57,665 bases of DNA, taken from positions 1-57,665 of IMG/VR virus record IMGVR_UViG_3300008113_000328; one strand, 5' to 3'. Below, piece after piece: positions 54,839-57,665 of the stretch. How positions within the stretch are numbered: the first letter of the stretch is position 1; every line of letters begins with the position of its first letter. This DNA comes from a virus. Its lineage: Duplodnaviria; Caudoviricetes. Below the pieces are notes generated by a model, which worked only from the letters and a program-made list of their open reading frames with translations, searched no databases and was not told the DNA's origin. The position numbers were made by a program, and so were the translations under genes.

Positions 54839-55522
54839 ATGGCAGCAGCAACGACAGTAATAGCGGGAATAGGATTAGCAGTTACCGCAGGGACAACAGT
54901 AGCAAGCTTTGTTCAAGCATCAAAGCAACGCAAGCTTATGGAGCAGGCAAATGCCGATGCCGATAAAGCAATGGCTGAGGCTAGAGAAAAACTCAATGTC
55001 AACTTTTATGACCAATTAGCTGTTCAAAAAGAACCATACGAATTAGAACGTGAGGCTCTTCTTTCTGCGGGTGCTCAAGCTATTCAAGCGGGGGTTGAGA
55101 GTGGAAGAGGGGCAGCTGCTACTGCGGGTAGAGTTCAGATGGCTCAGAACGAATCGCAGGCAGGTATTCGCACCGCGATGGGTGAGGAGTTAAGTAATCT
55201 TGCTAAGCTTAGTGCAGCTGAGGAATCTCGCCTTCGGGATATTGGTGTTCAGTTAGACCTTGAAGAAGTTGCCTTAGGTGCTCAGCAAAAAGCATTGGGT
55301 GGTATGGAGTTTAGCCCTGAAGAGTTTGCTAAGTTTGAATCATTAGGAAAAACACCAAGGACCGATGGATTTAGCAGTTTAGACTTTCAACAGATAGGTG
55401 GAATGGACAAGTCTCAATATAAAAACTTTTTGAAGACGCTAAGCCCTAAGCAACAGCAAATGTTGTTCACAAATCCTCAGTACTTACAATCAATGTCAGA
55501 GTATAATCCATTCGCTATATAA
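54839..55522 (+). CDS. Internal virion (ejection) protein
   Basis: Hydrophobic Ala/Gly N-terminus followed by Ala/Gln-rich helices. Confidence 0.6.
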   Translation: MAAATTVIAGIGLAVTAGTTVASFVQASKQRKLMEQANADADKAMAEAREKLNVNFYDQLAVQKEPYELEREALLSAGAQAIQAGVESGRGAAATAGRVQMAQNESQAGIRTAMGEELSNLAKLSAAEESRLRDIGVQLDLEEVALGAQQKALGGMEFSPEEFAKFESLGKTPRTDGFSSLDFQQIGGMDKSQYKNFLKTLSPKQQQMLFTNPQYLQSMSEYNPFAI

Positions 55523-55533
55523 ACAATAATTAG

Positions 55534-57327
55534 ATGCCAACATACTACAAATACGCAGAAAGAGAAGCCGACAGTTACGTTGATTGGGGGGCTATTGGAA
55601 AGAGTATGTCTGATATGCTCTTGGAGAAGGACAAAATCCGTAACGAGAAAAGGGCAGCAATTGACGAAGCATCACGACAGTTCGGTGAGGTATTGGCTAA
55701 TGCCCCACAGGGTGAGCATAAAGCTGCTCGTGAGATGGCATTGGAATATGCGAGCAATGCTTCTCAGTTTATGCGGATGCAAGACGTTCTGTTGAAGTCA
55801 GGGCAATTGGATTTAAGGGATTACACAATTGCGCGTCAAAATATATTGGATGATACTGAGCGAGCATTCAAAATGAATGAGGCGTATCAGAAGATGTTCA
55901 AGGAGAAGATGGAGAGATATAAAAACAAGGAGTCTTCTTATTATGAAGTACAAGGAATGGAGCGTGTAGAAGGATTTGGTAACTTTAGTCAGTCAGGTCT
56001 TTGGATTAACCCAACTACAGGCAAGGTCAGTGTTGCAATGAAAGACTTGCAAAAAGTCAATGGTCAGGATGTTTATGTTATGGCTGAGAACCCAAATAAT
56101 ATGACATCTATTGACGCTATCAATGGTCTTATCCTTGGTCAATGGGATAGATATGATTCAGAGGCTGCCACTACTGCTTTAGCCGAGATGAATGGAAAGC
56201 AGATACAGTCAATGATGAGTAGCGGAGCAATTACCAAGATAGAGGACATCCTTCAAAAACCCGACTATATTAACGCTGAAACAAACTATATAAACGCTGC
56301 GCTTGGTGGTGATGATTCATTTGATAGGGTTTCTCTTTTGACCGACTCAATGGTTCAAGCCCCTAATGGAAAGCAGTATAGGTTTACTCGTGATGAGGCT
56401 GATGCCAAGGCAAATCCTGAGGCTATCCTTATGAAGATAGACCCTGCATCAGGACAGGAGACTCCACAAATCTCAGATGAGCAGATGAAAGATTCAACTG
56501 AGTGGATGAGAACACGCGCAAGGTCAAAGTACGACTACGAGAAGACAATAACTCAGAAGCAACAGCGACAGGCTCAGTATGCCCCTGAATATGTGTATGA
56601 GAGAGGAGATAGAGCAGCGCAACAAGAAGCTGAAGCAGGGTCTTGGAACGCAATTCTTATGGCTCAAACCGCGCAGGAAAAGAAGAACGCAGCTGAGGCC
56701 GTGCTTGCATCTCCGGGGGCACAAGCAAGAGGATTAATTGGCGTTGAGATAAATGATGAAACAGGAACAGTAGCATTCACATATGCCGACCCCGCAAAAA
56801 ATACTGTATTTGATATAGCCCCGGGCGGTGTTCCAATCAGCCTTGAAGAATGGGCCAAGAAAGGCGCAGAGATTCACGGAATATCTGACCAACAAAAAGC
56901 AATTAGAGCGGGTGGATTCTATGGTAAAGAACCGTCTACTGATTTCAAGGGAGTTAGGGCTAAACGTCAAGGGCCAACTGCAACTGCAACTACAACAGGG
57001 AACATAACTCCTGACCAAGCAAAAGCTATGGCTAAAACGGATACCGCTTCAATAAGTCAATCAATTATAGTAGATGACCCTGATACAACGGTTGCTAATT
57101 TAGAAGCGAAGTATGGTAAATATGGGTTTACATTTACGCCATCTCCGGGGGTAATGGATGATGAAGTAATTATTACTCCTTTGGCGGGAGGTGAGCCGAA
57201 AACATTTAATATTGATGACTTGGGAGACGCAGCTAATATAGCTGCATTTATCGTACAAAATGCAACGTCAGGATTTATCAACTCTCAAACTCCCGGTGCA
57301 GGAGATGGTATATTTGAACCTCAATAA
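55534..57327 (+). CDS. Internal virion (ejection) protein
   Basis: 597-aa helical protein; VDWGAIG N-terminal motif; position. Confidence 0.55.
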   Translation: MPTYYKYAEREADSYVDWGAIGKSMSDMLLEKDKIRNEKRAAIDEASRQFGEVLANAPQGEHKAAREMALEYASNASQFMRMQDVLLKSGQLDLRDYTIARQNILDDTERAFKMNEAYQKMFKEKMERYKNKESSYYEVQGMERVEGFGNFSQSGLWINPTTGKVSVAMKDLQKVNGQDVYVMAENPNNMTSIDAINGLILGQWDRYDSEAATTALAEMNGKQIQSMMSSGAITKIEDILQKPDYINAETNYINAALGGDDSFDRVSLLTDSMVQAPNGKQYRFTRDEADAKANPEAILMKIDPASGQETPQISDEQMKDSTEWMRTRARSKYDYEKTITQKQQRQAQYAPEYVYERGDRAAQQEAEAGSWNAILMAQTAQEKKNAAEAVLASPGAQARGLIGVEINDETGTVAFTYADPAKNTVFDIAPGGVPISLEEWAKKGAEIHGISDQQKAIRAGGFYGKEPSTDFKGVRAKRQGPTATATTTGNITPDQAKAMAKTDTASISQSIIVDDPDTTVANLEAKYGKYGFTFTPSPGVMDDEVIITPLAGGEPKTFNIDDLGDAANIAAFIVQNATSGFINSQTPGAGDGIFEPQ

Positions 57328-57346
57328 CCTAAGATAGTTTTATACA

Positions 57347-57665
57347 ATGGATAAAGTAGAGCAGTTATACAATCTATATTTAAATAGCGGAATCATTACA
57401 TCTGCAACCTCATTGGATATGTTCAGAGCAGCAAATGCTCAACAGCAATCTCAGTTGTATGACTTAGGAAAACAGAGGAATCTGTTTCAATCTACTGACC
57501 TGCCTACCTTTCAATCTGCTTGGACAGGCGCAGCACCAATGGCAGCTCCTGCTCAGCCTCAAGAAGAGGTAAAAAAAAAAGAAGAATCCGTTACTACGGA
57601 ATTACCTGTGGCAGGTTCTTTATCGGGGTCGCAGTTGCCTCAAGAACCCGTTAAACCACAGCCTG
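57347..57665 (+). CDS. 3'-truncated ORF, probably the N-terminus of the giant virion protein
   Basis: MDKVEQLYNLYL...EEVKKKEES..., open to the window end. Confidence 0.55.
   Translation, partial: MDKVEQLYNLYLNSGIITSATSLDMFRAANAQQQSQLYDLGKQRNLFQSTDLPTFQSAWTGAAPMAAPAQPQEEVKKKEESVTTELPVAGSLSGSQLPQEPVKPQP

Overview
The window is most of a tailed dsDNA phage genome, with podovirus-like gene order and probably circular permutation. The host is probably Bacteroidota, since TAnnTTTG -7 promoter elements and A-rich Shine-Dalgarno-less leaders occur throughout. Layout: (i) 1-8447 (+) is the remainder of a giant modular internal-virion/polyvalent protein. (ii) 8448-25206 (-) is a replication/recombination arm (VRR-NUC, SF2 helicase, primase-SF3 helicase, SSB-like, RecE-like exonuclease, Sak, two DnaA-domain-IV-like HTH proteins) followed by a variable early region with a GATase-GGCT fusion and an amidoligase. 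(iii) 25207-25700 is a GC-rich divergent control region. (iv) 25710-57665 (+) holds GroEL/GroES, small basic proteins, lysis genes, terminase, portal, scaffold, capsid, tail and ejection proteins. The main discovery is non-coding. Five canonical type III hammerhead ribozymes lie in intergenic gaps of the minus-strand early operon. Each directly follows a copy of a 16-bp near-palindrome (GTGTCTTCAAAGACAC) that occurs 12 times in the window, including three copies inside coding sequence. This points to a hairpin+ribozyme cassette that cuts the early polycistron into gene units. A second dense RNA cluster (14935-15210) contains a three-way junction, a tRNA-like element and a T4-gene-32-like pseudoknot in front of the SSB-like gene. 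All protein calls come from motif recognition by eye, not database searches.
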